A stretch of DNA of 64,000 nt, taken from an uncultured Chitinophagales bacterium (GTDB lineage Bacteria; Bacteroidota; Rhodothermia; Balneolales; CAYWCV01). Positions 18,077 through 27,530 of this stretch are shown here, in pieces. The stretch spans positions 15,314 through 79,313 of the forward strand of contig CAYWCV010000002.1 of assembly GCA_964456845.1 (NCBI GenBank), read 5' to 3'. The notes under the pieces were generated by a model that did no database searches, had not been told where the DNA came from, and was given only the letters and a program-made list of their open reading frames with translations. The position numbers were made by a program, and so were the translations under genes. Position 1 is the first letter of the stretch. The number at the start of each line of letters is the position of its first letter.

Positions 18077-20269
18077 CTAATCTTGATGCTCAAACTCTAA
18101 ATAAATGCCTGCCAGCGGTGGCAACGTGATGACGATGTGTGAGGGTTGCCCATGCATTTCTCCGTCATAGCTTTGGTATGAAGCTGAAGTTACGCCACTT
18201 CCACCAAACCTTCCATCATCCGTGTTGAGAATTGTTCGGTAGACACCGGTTTCGAGGACGCCAAGTTTATAGTTTTCATGGACAACCGGTGTGAAGTTGA
18301 ACATGCAGATGGTGTAGGAGCTGCGATCCTTAGCATATCTGGCAAACGATAGAATACTGTTATCGGCATCGTGAAGGTCAATCCACTGGAAGCCCGTCCA
18401 GTCAAAGTCCACTTCGTGCAGGCTAGGCCGGGATTTATACAGATGGTTCAGCTCCCTCAACAGATCGCTGATCTGTGCATGGGGCTTGTGCCCCTGTAGC
18501 GCCCAGTCAAGGCTCGACTCTGCGTTCCATTCCGACCACTGGCCAAACTCAGCTCCCATGAACAACAGTTTTTTCCCGGGGTGGGCATATTTGTATGCGT
18601 AGAGAAGGCGTAAATTCGCAAATCGCTGCCAATCGTCGCCTGGCATTTTGGTCAGCATCGCCTTTTTGAGATGCACCACCTCATCGTGCGAAAACGGGAG
18701 CACAAAGTTTTCGCTGAAGGCATACATCATCGAGAACGTGAGTTTGTTGTGATGATATTTCCGATACACTGGATCCTTTTGGATGTATTCGAGCGTGTCG
18801 TTCATCCACCCCATGTTCCATTTGTAGTCGAATCCGAGTCCGCCGATATAGGTTGGCTTCGAAACCATTGGCCACGATGTCGACTCCTCGGCCATCGTCA
18901 CAACTCCAGGGTATTCTTCATGCACTACTTCGTTAAAACGCTTCAAAAATTGGATGGCCTCAAGGTTTTCGCGTCCGCCATATCTGTTGGGGATCCACTC
19001 ACCCTCCTTGCGGGAGTAGTCGAGGTACAGCATTGACGCCACGGCATCTACACGCAGCCCATCGATGTGGAACTCCTCGCACCAGTAGTTCGCATTCGAG
19101 ATCAGGAAGTTAACGACTTCGTTACGGCCGAAATTGAAGATCATCGTGCCCCAGTCGCGATGTTCGCCCTGCCTAGGGTCAGCATGTTCATAAAAATGGG
19201 TGCCATCGAACATACGAAGACCATGGGCATCTTTGGCGAAGTGGGCAGGGACCCAGTCGAGCAATACACCTATGCCCGCATTGTGGCATCGGTCCACGAA
19301 GAAGCGGAAGTCGTCGGCACTTCCAAAGCGGCTTGTGGGTGCAAAGTATCCAGTGGTCTGGTAGCCCCAAGAAGGGTCGTATGGATGCTCGGCAACGGGC
19401 AACAGCTCGATGTGGGTGTATCCCAAGTCGGCAATATACGGTATGAGCTGCTCAGCGAGCTCCCGATAGCTCAGGTATGGTGGGTCGTTAGGATTTCTTC
19501 GCCAAGATCCTAGGTGGACCTCGTAGACAGAAATGGGTGCATCCAGAGCCTGCCGTGCAGCCCGGCTCTCCATCCACTGCTGGTCAGACCAATGATGTGT
19601 AGATGTCGTTACAATTGATGCCGTTTGTGGCCTGAGCTCGGATCGTGTGGCAAACGGGTCGGCCTTTACGAATGGAGAACCCGTAAATGGTGAGGCAATT
19701 TCATACTTATAGACGTCGCCCTCTACGATGCCCGGAATAAAGATCTCCCATATCCCTTGGTCGAAGTAACGTCGCATGCAATGAACCCTGCCGTCCCAAT
19801 TGTTGAAAGATCCGACAACGCTTACTCGTGATGCACTTGGTGCCGAGACGACGAAATGGGTGCCATGTACGCCGTCGACCGTCTTTTGGTGGGCTCCCAT
19901 GAACTTCCATGCCTTGTAGTGGCGTCCCTCACCCCAAAGATGCAGGTCGAACTCAGAAACCAGGAGCCCGAACGCATACGGGTCGCGGCTCTGATGAACC
20001 GATCCATCGGCATAGGTTATTGCCAACTCGTAACCGGCGGTTCTTTCGCCTTTTAGTTTGAGTTCATAAAGGCCTTGATCACCGACCGGCAGCATCGAGT
20101 GCGATGTTCCGTCTACAATAATGTCTGCTTTCGCCGCGCCAGGCTTAAACGCACGGTACACTACCTCGCCTGTGCGGACAGGCTGACAACCCAATACAGA
20201 GAACGGGTCGGGATGACTTCCGCGCTCAAGCGCCTCAATGTCCCATTTGCCCAACAGTGGTGTTTTCAC
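18077..20269 (-). CDS. glgB: 1,4-alpha-glucan branching enzyme (GH13)
   Basis: 730 aa. 'GVLLDWVPAHF', 'DGLRVDAVASMLY', 'MAEESTSWP' and 'SHDEVVH' are the conserved GH13 regions. Confidence 0.95.
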   Translation of the reverse strand: MKTPLLGKWDIEALERGSHPDPFSVLGCQPVRTGEVVYRAFKPGAAKADIIVDGTSHSMLPVGDQGLYELKLKGERTAGYELAITYADGSVHQSRDPYAFGLLVSEFDLHLWGEGRHYKAWKFMGAHQKTVDGVHGTHFVVSAPSASRVSVVGSFNNWDGRVHCMRRYFDQGIWEIFIPGIVEGDVYKYEIASPFTGSPFVKADPFATRSELRPQTASIVTTSTHHWSDQQWMESRAARQALDAPISVYEVHLGSWRRNPNDPPYLSYRELAEQLIPYIADLGYTHIELLPVAEHPYDPSWGYQTTGYFAPTSRFGSADDFRFFVDRCHNAGIGVLLDWVPAHFAKDAHGLRMFDGTHFYEHADPRQGEHRDWGTMIFNFGRNEVVNFLISNANYWCEEFHIDGLRVDAVASMLYLDYSRKEGEWIPNRYGGRENLEAIQFLKRFNEVVHEEYPGVVTMAEESTSWPMVSKPTYIGGLGFDYKWNMGWMNDTLEYIQKDPVYRKYHHNKLTFSMMYAFSENFVLPFSHDEVVHLKKAMLTKMPGDDWQRFANLRLLYAYKYAHPGKKLLFMGAEFGQWSEWNAESSLDWALQGHKPHAQISDLLRELNHLYKSRPSLHEVDFDWTGFQWIDLHDADNSILSFARYAKDRSSYTICMFNFTPVVHENYKLGVLETGVYRTILNTDDGRFGGSGVTSASYQSYDGEMHGQPSHIVITLPPLAGIYLEFEHQD

Positions 20270-20356
20270 AGAATCCGTATGGTTAAATTTTATTAGCAGC
20301 TGCGATGTGAGACCTTCGGGCAGACGATCGTCAAATCACGTTGTCAATGTGTATCT

Positions 20357-21595
20357 TTGAATGTGGACGTAACTAGAAACATAGCCAAACGGTACCTTTT
20401 TTCAAAAAAACGGGTGTCCCTGATATCTGTGCTGACACTCATCAGTATCGCAGGTGTGACCGTTGGAACCGCTTTGTTGATCATTATTCTATCGGTTTTC
20501 AACGGTTTTTTTGATGTGATTCAATCTTTGTTGCGGACCTACGATCCCGACATTCGAATCCAATCGAGCACATCTCCATCGTTTTTTGCCGACAGCACCT
20601 GGCTATCTGGCTTCGGCGACATTCCGGAAGTGCAGGGTGTGACCCGTTACGTGGAGGGAAAAGGGTTGGTTGCCTATGAGGGAACCCGCGATAAGGTGGT
20701 CATCGTAAAGGGCATCGAGACTTCGTCGTATTTTCCACTGGTCGAACAAGAAAAGGCCGGAAACTTGATTGTTCCCCGATTGTCGGTTGTTGACCGGCAA
20801 CCTGGTATACTCATAGGAAACGACCTTCGTTCCCAGCTGAATGTTGTTCCCGGCGACCGAATCGCCCTGCTGAGCCCAGAGGGTATGCGCAGGTCGTTGA
20901 CACAGTTCTCGGGACCCCGTTTCTACAGCTTCCAGGTCAGGGGCACCTACCAACTTGCTTCCGTTTACGACGGATCCATCGTTTTTGTGGAATTGGAGGC
21001 CGCACAACGGTTATTCAACTTACGGTCATCGATTAGCGGGGTCGATATACGGCTCGAATCGCCCGAGCAGGCAAATTCCGTGAAAGCCGTTTTGGAGCAG
21101 CGACTGGGGACTGATTTTGTGGTAAAGACGTGGTATGACCTGCAGAAACCGCTCTACGACATCATGTATCTGGAAAAATGGGCCGCATATTTCATCTTGA
21201 GCCTTATCATCGCGGTTGCAGTGCTGAACATTGTCGGCTCGCTCACAATGATTGTCATCCAAAAGCAGCGAGATATCGGCATCCTCATGAGCATGGGATT
21301 CACGCCCAGGCATATTCGGTCGATTTTCTTATATCAAGGACTTTACATAGGCCTTATCGGAAGTTTGGTTGGCGGCGCCTTGGGATTTGCGATCTGTTAT
21401 CTACAAGATACTTTCGGCCTTGTGAAGCTTTCGGGGTCGGCAGCTTTTCTTATAGACGCTTACCCAGTTTTAATGAGCTGGACAGATATCGTAGCCGTAC
21501 TGACCGTGACGATGTCGCTGTGCCTTGTGGCTTCAGTGTATCCTGCTCGTCGTGCAGCCATGGTCGAGCCATCGGCTGCCGTGAGATACGAGTAG
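20357..21595 (+). CDS. Lipoprotein-releasing system permease (LolC/LolE family, FtsX-type)
   Basis: 412 aa. N-terminus 'IAKRYLFSKKR.SLISVLTLISIAGVTVG' and C-terminal FtsX domain ending 'YPARRAAMVEPSAAVRYE'. The start codon is uncertain (TTG 20357 or GTG 20363). Confidence 0.85.
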   Translation: MNVDVTRNIAKRYLFSKKRVSLISVLTLISIAGVTVGTALLIIILSVFNGFFDVIQSLLRTYDPDIRIQSSTSPSFFADSTWLSGFGDIPEVQGVTRYVEGKGLVAYEGTRDKVVIVKGIETSSYFPLVEQEKAGNLIVPRLSVVDRQPGILIGNDLRSQLNVVPGDRIALLSPEGMRRSLTQFSGPRFYSFQVRGTYQLASVYDGSIVFVELEAAQRLFNLRSSISGVDIRLESPEQANSVKAVLEQRLGTDFVVKTWYDLQKPLYDIMYLEKWAAYFILSLIIAVAVLNIVGSLTMIVIQKQRDIGILMSMGFTPRHIRSIFLYQGLYIGLIGSLVGGALGFAICYLQDTFGLVKLSGSAAFLIDAYPVLMSWTDIVAVLTVTMSLCLVASVYPARRAAMVEPSAAVRYE

Positions 21596-21596
21596 C

Positions 21597-23240
21597 CTAT
21601 TCGTTGTAGGTATCGGGCAGATCATTTTCGTACAGGACGATATCGCCTGGCTGCAACCAATCCTTAAGGTCGTTATTCGCCTCAAAAAGAGTACGCACCG
21701 TGAAGATGCCTGCCTCATCAGCGCCCGTGCTGAGGATGCCGTCCTTTATCGGGCGGCTTCTTTCGGGTCCGACCAAATAGACACGGTCCAGGTTGGCCTT
21801 TCCGATTGCCACTCCAAAGTCGTAGTTGGCCTTCTCCTCAAGGTCGCCCAGCTCCACCATCCCGGGTGTGATGATGATCCGGCGACCACCGGTGAACTGC
21901 GACAAAATATCGACCGCATTGGCTGCACCTACCGGGTTGGAGTTGAAGGCGTCGTCGATCACAATGATGGATCCCTGCCTCTTAAGTTCCAAGCGATGTT
22001 CGACCGGTTCCATTTCGCTAATGGCCAACAACATGGTCGGCAACCGCATGCCGAGGTGTTGGCCGACAGCGATTCCCTGCAGGATGTTGGAAACGTTATG
22101 AGCACCCAAAAGGCGTGTTTGAGCCGCTCCGGTTGATCCGTCGGGCATGATCACTGTGAACGAACAACCGTTTTCATCGTAGCGTATATCTTCGGCGCGA
22201 ATCTCTCCTGACTTGAGGCCAGTAGTTGTGTACACTACGTCCGTGCGCTGCTTCATACGCATGACGTTCTCGTCGTCTGCGTTGAGAACCACGAGCCCAC
22301 TTGGCCTCACACGACGCACCAACGCCCCCTTGGTGTCCCGAATCACGTCGACAGATCCGAATGTCTCGAGGTGGGCGACGCCGACGTTGGTGACAACACT
22401 GATGTCGGGCGTTGCAATGTCGCAGAGCTCATCGATATTGCCCGGATAGCGGGCACCCATCTCTAGAATCAGGAGTTCGTGTGAGGCATCAAGGTCCTCA
22501 TTAATCACCTTCGTGATCCCCATTGGCGTGTTGTAGCTACCCGGAGTGAAACAGACGTTGAAACGCTGTTTCAGGATGTCTCGCAGAATGAATTTGGTGC
22601 TGGTTTTGCCATAGCTGCCCGTTATGGCGATAATCTTGACGTGCTGCAGTCTGCCCAGCTTCTCCTTTGCAGACCTGATGAAACCCTTTTGGATGCGGTC
22701 TTCGACAGGCTGCAATAAAAACGAGGCTGGAAACAACCAGTAGGGCACCAACATGTCGGCAAAGACCCAAACGAGAGCGACATAATATATGTCAAAGAGG
22801 AACTCCGCAGGCATGAAGGTTATCCAGGTGCCAAAGGCCGGGGGCAGCATGATAAGCACTAGCGATACGACGCTGAGCCTGACCATCCTAGGAGTAAATG
22901 TGAGTGGCTTTTTCGACTGTGACCGCCGGTATCGGTTGTCGAATGCGTACCAAAACAACACCAGCAGAAACAAGATGATCGTGGCTGCCGTGGGCGTGAT
23001 CGCCTCGCGCTGCCAGATCATGACGAGAACGACAAAATTCATCAAGGCTTTTGTCGTCGAATGCACGTAGGTGCTATAGTTGTGCTTTATCCAATTGAGA
23101 TACTCATTCCTTTTGTATCCCTTCTGCTGAAAAATTTGCAAAAAGAAAAGTCCCCGCGACACCATATGCCGTGCCATGATGTATATGAAAAGAACCGACA
23201 GCAGGTCTATAGTGAAATAATACCAGTTGAGGGGGATCAA
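21597..23240 (-). CDS. MurF-like Mur ligase with an N-terminal polytopic membrane domain
   Basis: 547 aa. The first ~190 aa are hydrophobic, with about 5 predicted TM segments. MurF-type motifs follow: P-loop 'ITGSYGKTSTK', 'LILEMGA', 'VTNVGVAHLE', 'DDAFNSNP', 'ITPGMVELG'. Confidence 0.7.
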   Translation of the reverse strand: MIPLNWYYFTIDLLSVLFIYIMARHMVSRGLFFLQIFQQKGYKRNEYLNWIKHNYSTYVHSTTKALMNFVVLVMIWQREAITPTAATIILFLLVLFWYAFDNRYRRSQSKKPLTFTPRMVRLSVVSLVLIMLPPAFGTWITFMPAEFLFDIYYVALVWVFADMLVPYWLFPASFLLQPVEDRIQKGFIRSAKEKLGRLQHVKIIAITGSYGKTSTKFILRDILKQRFNVCFTPGSYNTPMGITKVINEDLDASHELLILEMGARYPGNIDELCDIATPDISVVTNVGVAHLETFGSVDVIRDTKGALVRRVRPSGLVVLNADDENVMRMKQRTDVVYTTTGLKSGEIRAEDIRYDENGCSFTVIMPDGSTGAAQTRLLGAHNVSNILQGIAVGQHLGMRLPTMLLAISEMEPVEHRLELKRQGSIIVIDDAFNSNPVGAANAVDILSQFTGGRRIIITPGMVELGDLEEKANYDFGVAIGKANLDRVYLVGPERSRPIKDGILSTGADEAGIFTVRTLFEANNDLKDWLQPGDIVLYENDLPDTYNE

Positions 23241-23299
23241 GAGCGGGGTAGATTACATGAAATAAGTCGAAATGTGTCGCAAAATATAAGAAGATTCTG

Positions 23300-23480
23300 C
23301 TAGAGAGCATCCGTAGACAGGGGCATCAATAACTAAGGCATCCGGGGTATCAGGGGCATCGAGGATATCAAAGATATGTTCCGATACCTCTGTTGCCCTC
23401 GATGCCCCTGATACCCCGGATGCCCTGATTGTCTTGGTTATCGATACCCCTTATGCCATTAGTACCTGTGATGCCCTAGA
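23300..23480. repeat. Composite palindromic element with a 28-bp perfect inverted-repeat core
   Basis: The arms 23337-23364 (ggcatccggggtatcaggggcatcgagg) and 23397-23424 are exact reverse complements, separated by a 32-nt spacer. Outer imperfect arms also pair: aggggcatcaataac with gttatcgatacccct, and ctagagagcatc with gatgccctag. GGGGYATC/GATRCCCC octamers recur 7 times. Confidence 0.85.
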
Positions 23481-23481
23481 T

Positions 23482-25884
23482 CTATTTGGCTTCGAAATTA
23501 AACCTGTATCCAGCTTGCAGCCGGTTAAACTTAAACAGGTTCATGTTCATGTATTCCACGAAGACGGCGTTGGTCTCGCCAACAGGTTTTTCGGCACCAA
23601 CCAGTAGGTTAAGGGTGCCTTGTACACCTTTAACGCCATCTGGCGGCTCGTTAAATCCCAAAATGCCCAAGCCAAATCCTGCATAAGGACGCCATGGAGC
23701 AAGATCGTCAACCCTTACATCGGCAAGCAGGTTCACATTCACATTGTACGACATCGTGTTGATGAAACCAATGTTAGCATCCGGTGCGAGGCGGAAGCGT
23801 CCACCTAGAACATCACCGTAGTCAGCTCGTAGACCAAGCACAAATTGAAACGGCTTGCCGGCCAAGTTAAATCCAGCGGTGGCGCTTAGACCTTCGAGGT
23901 TCAGCTTTTCGATGGTGTTCGGGTCTCTCGAGGATGTTACGTCATCGGTGCTCGATTCAGAAACAACTACTGTCTGCGTACGTGTGGAAGATGCCTCCTG
24001 GTTGTCGAGCCGCTCTTGCAGCTGGGCAATCTGTCGTTGTAGCGAGGCAACCAGCGTGTCGTTTCGCTGGCTTTCAATCCTGCTCAAAATCCTTTCCTCT
24101 ATGGCCTTTTCATCTACTTTCTGCGATTCAGGACCCTCAACTTTGATCTTGAGTTCGGACCGTTCGACGTCTTGTGTCCCTTGTGTCGCCTGTTGACGCT
24201 GCACATTGGTGCCAGATTCTTGGCGGCTCGACGCGCTGCGTTCGACTTCTCTGACAACGATAACGGTGTCTACGCGCGTTGCCCGAGAGTTGGACGAAAT
24301 GATACCGTTTTCCCTGAGCGTTTCACGCAATATCGACTGGATCATTGATCGGAGTTGCTCAATATCCATGGCGTTCAGGCCCGATTTGCCCACTACCACT
24401 GTTTCGTGAACAACCTCGTCTGGAACCACTTTCATGGAACCGGTCTTCCCGAAGCGGATGTAGATCTCACCGTCTTCAATAACAGGGATCGTGATAAACT
24501 TTGGCTCAGGCTTTGATGCCATAGTGGTTTTCATATGATCCATCGTTTCTTTATCGCGCACAACCAAGGTGTCACCATTGCGTGCAAAGGCAGCTTCATT
24601 CACACGAGCATCGAAATCGCTAGATCTTGTAACGTCTGTCTTACGCTTCGAACCAAGGGCAAATGAGATGCCACCGTTAAACATCCAGCTATTGGTCACA
24701 TTCTCGGTTGAATTGACATCGTTTAGGTCGTCGCTGCTCACGAGTACCGCCTTAGCGGAGCCGAAAAGTTTAAAATTGTCGTTTAGCTTGAGCTCGACAC
24801 CACCGCCACCTAATGCGAACGGCTTATCGTTTGCCACTCTGCGGCCTTCATATTCGTTATTCACGTCGATGTACCCTGCACCTATGCTCAAGTAAGGCAC
24901 CAAGCCCGTTGGCGCGTCGTTCAGACGAAATTTCATCTCGCCGCCGTACATGGCGAACTTGTCAAATTTTGTCCACTCATCTTCTTCGAGGCCCCTGAAA
25001 TAGAATCCGCGCAATCCGACATATGGACCAAAATCAAACCCTGCGCTTCCACCAGCAAACCTTTGGTCGGCCCTGTATGGCAGCTTGTCGTTAAACTGAA
25101 CGACTCCAACCGTTGGCTCGACAATGATGCTGATTCCTTTGAAACCACCACTGAACTGTCGTTGCAGATCTTGGTCAAGATCAGACATATGCATGGGGTC
25201 TCTTCCTCCCAGATAACCCGTCACACCGGCGGTTAAGGCCCAGTTTCCAATTTCCTTGTCTCGTACGGTTGACCTGATCACACCCAGTTCTCCGAGTTCA
25301 GCATCGTTGAGAAAGGTATTGACTGGATTGTATCGATACCACAAGTTATCGACCCCTACATTGAGTGTGAATCTACTGTCTATACTGTATTTGACTCCGG
25401 CACCGCCCGATAAGTAGATATGTTCACTTTTGGGACGGTTTTCTGGGTCAATTTCGATGATGCCTGTTCCGGCAGCGATGTACGGTATGAGCAACCCTGA
25501 CCCGATATTAAAGGTCAAATTCCCACCATAGCGGGTAATGTCGACGTCGCGACGCTGAAATATCTCCGCATATTCATTTGCTCGAGCAGAGCTGATGTCG
25601 TTTAGAAAATCGATTTTGCCGATGTTGGTTTCAACACCCGAGCTGATCATGTACAAACCGCTCAATTCAACATAACGCCCAAATCCAAAGCCTAGTTGGC
25701 CGCCGTACATATAGCCACCGTCCAATCCCGATTGTTTGTTCCACGACATTGCGCTTCCAGTCGGACTCAAACTGTAACTTACCCCTCTTACTTGCGCCGT
25801 CACAAATGCCGGAAGGGCGATTATGGCTGCAAGTATAGCGGCCACTAACATTTTAGCGCCATAGTAGCTCTTTGATAATTTCAT
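23482..25884 (-). CDS. Large composite outer-membrane protein (beta-barrel-type segments split by a hydrophilic coiled-coil insert)
   Basis: 800 aa with signal peptide '...IIALPAFVTAQ'. Porin-like alternating segments span ~30-410 and ~690-800. The central ~280 aa are charged/Ser-Thr rich and include 'LQRQIAQLQERLDNQEASS'. Confidence 0.5.
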   Translation of the reverse strand: MKLSKSYYGAKMLVAAILAAIIALPAFVTAQVRGVSYSLSPTGSAMSWNKQSGLDGGYMYGGQLGFGFGRYVELSGLYMISSGVETNIGKIDFLNDISSARANEYAEIFQRRDVDITRYGGNLTFNIGSGLLIPYIAAGTGIIEIDPENRPKSEHIYLSGGAGVKYSIDSRFTLNVGVDNLWYRYNPVNTFLNDAELGELGVIRSTVRDKEIGNWALTAGVTGYLGGRDPMHMSDLDQDLQRQFSGGFKGISIIVEPTVGVVQFNDKLPYRADQRFAGGSAGFDFGPYVGLRGFYFRGLEEDEWTKFDKFAMYGGEMKFRLNDAPTGLVPYLSIGAGYIDVNNEYEGRRVANDKPFALGGGGVELKLNDNFKLFGSAKAVLVSSDDLNDVNSTENVTNSWMFNGGISFALGSKRKTDVTRSSDFDARVNEAAFARNGDTLVVRDKETMDHMKTTMASKPEPKFITIPVIEDGEIYIRFGKTGSMKVVPDEVVHETVVVGKSGLNAMDIEQLRSMIQSILRETLRENGIISSNSRATRVDTVIVVREVERSASSRQESGTNVQRQQATQGTQDVERSELKIKVEGPESQKVDEKAIEERILSRIESQRNDTLVASLQRQIAQLQERLDNQEASSTRTQTVVVSESSTDDVTSSRDPNTIEKLNLEGLSATAGFNLAGKPFQFVLGLRADYGDVLGGRFRLAPDANIGFINTMSYNVNVNLLADVRVDDLAPWRPYAGFGLGILGFNEPPDGVKGVQGTLNLLVGAEKPVGETNAVFVEYMNMNLFKFNRLQAGYRFNFEAK

Positions 25885-26096
25885 AATATTCCTCTTGTTC
25901 AGTTAACCATCCTGCATAATTGTAAAAAATACGACCAATTAGTGTCATCATATCACAATGCAATACTCGATTCAACTCCGTTTTGTATGTTTAGTTCCAA
26001 TTTTATGGCCCTTGCGGTATATTTGATCCATATCGCCATGCTGGGGATACTCGATTGTAATCTAAAATACCCCATTTTTAAATCCAATTCCGAATC

Positions 26097-27530
26097 ATGT
26101 TCGGCGATCTAAACCCCTCATATAAACACCTGTTCGACACCATTTCTGATGCAGGAGACCAACTTGGCTACAAGGTGTATGTTGTTGGAGGCTTCGTAAG
26201 AGACTACTACCTGAACCGTCTTGGCCACGAGGGTGAAGCTGATATCGACGTCATGGCGATTGGTTCAGGGTTGAAGCTGGCCAACGAGGTAGCTAAGCGG
26301 CTCAAAGTGAGGGGAGTGAACGAATTTAAGCAGTTCGGAACGGCTCATTTCCACTACAAGAACATGTCGGTCGAGTTTGTGGGCGCACGAAAGGAAAGTT
26401 ACCGCCGCGAATCACGAAAGCCAATCGTCGAGGACGGAACCCTCGAGGATGACCAACAACGCCGCGATTTCACCATTAATGCCCTCTCTTGGTCGTTGAA
26501 CAAGGACGAATATGGCCTTCTTCTCGACCCATATGGCGGCATCCAAGATTTGCAGAATGGGATTATCCGCACACCCATCGACCCCGTAGTCACATTCACC
26601 GACGACCCGCTTCGCATGCTCAGGGCAATCCGTTTTGCGGGTCAACTTGATTTTTATATCGAGGAGACCACGTTTAAGGGTATTGTATCGTGCGCCGACC
26701 GCATATCCATCATATCGCAGGAGCGCATTACCGAGGAGCTGAACAAAATGCTCGCCTGCAACAAGCCGTCGGTTCCATTCTCGCTTCTCTTCAAGACTGG
26801 TCTGCTGAAGTACATCTTCCCGGAACTGTTGGCGCTTCACGGTGTCGAAGAGGTTAATGGTCACCGTCATAAGGATAACTTCTGGCACACGCTCGAGGTT
26901 GTCGACAATATCGCTCCAAACACCGAAAACCTTTGGCTACGTTGGGCGGCATTACTGCACGACATTGCCAAGCCGCCTACAAAGAAGTTCGACCCAAGGG
27001 AGGGTTGGACCTTTCACGGTCACGATGCCCTCGGAGCCAGGTGGGTGAAGAATATTTTCCGGCGATTTGGCCTTCCGATGGACGAACGGATGAAGTATGT
27101 GGCAAAGCTTGTGCGCCTCCACCTTCGTCCGATTGCATTGGCCAGTGAAATTGTGACAGACAGTGCTGTTCGCAGACTTATCTTCGATGCCGGAGACGAC
27201 ATAGACGACTTGATGACCCTATGCCGTGCCGACATCACCAGCAAGAACCATGAGAAGGTGAACCGATATCTTCGCAATTTTGACCGTGTGGCCGAGAAGA
27301 TCGTCGAAGTCGAAGAGAAAGACCGCCTACGAAACTGGCAGCCTCCCGTCGATGGGAATGAAATCATGGAAACGCTTGGTTTAGAGCCCGGAAAGAAAGT
27401 CGGTCTCATTAAAAAGGCTATAGAAGAGGCCATCCTAAATGGCGATATTCCGAACGAGCACGACGCCGCTTTCGAATTCATGATGATTCACAAAGACCAA
27501 ATCCTCGAGGGGAACCATGGAGCAGGCTGA
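26097..27530 (+). CDS. cca: CCA-adding enzyme / tRNA nucleotidyltransferase with HD domain
   Basis: 477 aa. Pol-beta NTase motif 'VYVVGGFVRDYYL...DIDV', 'RRDFTINA' and HD motif 'LLHDIAKP'. Confidence 0.85.
   Translation: MFGDLNPSYKHLFDTISDAGDQLGYKVYVVGGFVRDYYLNRLGHEGEADIDVMAIGSGLKLANEVAKRLKVRGVNEFKQFGTAHFHYKNMSVEFVGARKESYRRESRKPIVEDGTLEDDQQRRDFTINALSWSLNKDEYGLLLDPYGGIQDLQNGIIRTPIDPVVTFTDDPLRMLRAIRFAGQLDFYIEETTFKGIVSCADRISIISQERITEELNKMLACNKPSVPFSLLFKTGLLKYIFPELLALHGVEEVNGHRHKDNFWHTLEVVDNIAPNTENLWLRWAALLHDIAKPPTKKFDPREGWTFHGHDALGARWVKNIFRRFGLPMDERMKYVAKLVRLHLRPIALASEIVTDSAVRRLIFDAGDDIDDLMTLCRADITSKNHEKVNRYLRNFDRVAEKIVEVEEKDRLRNWQPPVDGNEIMETLGLEPGKKVGLIKKAIEEAILNGDIPNEHDAAFEFMMIHKDQILEGNHGAG

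Noticed and set aside
20352-20359. Second copy of TATCTTTG (Bacteroidota -7-like box) before lolC/E
   Set aside because: It overlaps the only plausible start codons (TTG 20357, GTG 20363). It cannot be both promoter and start region unless the mRNA is leaderless, and that cannot be resolved from sequence alone.
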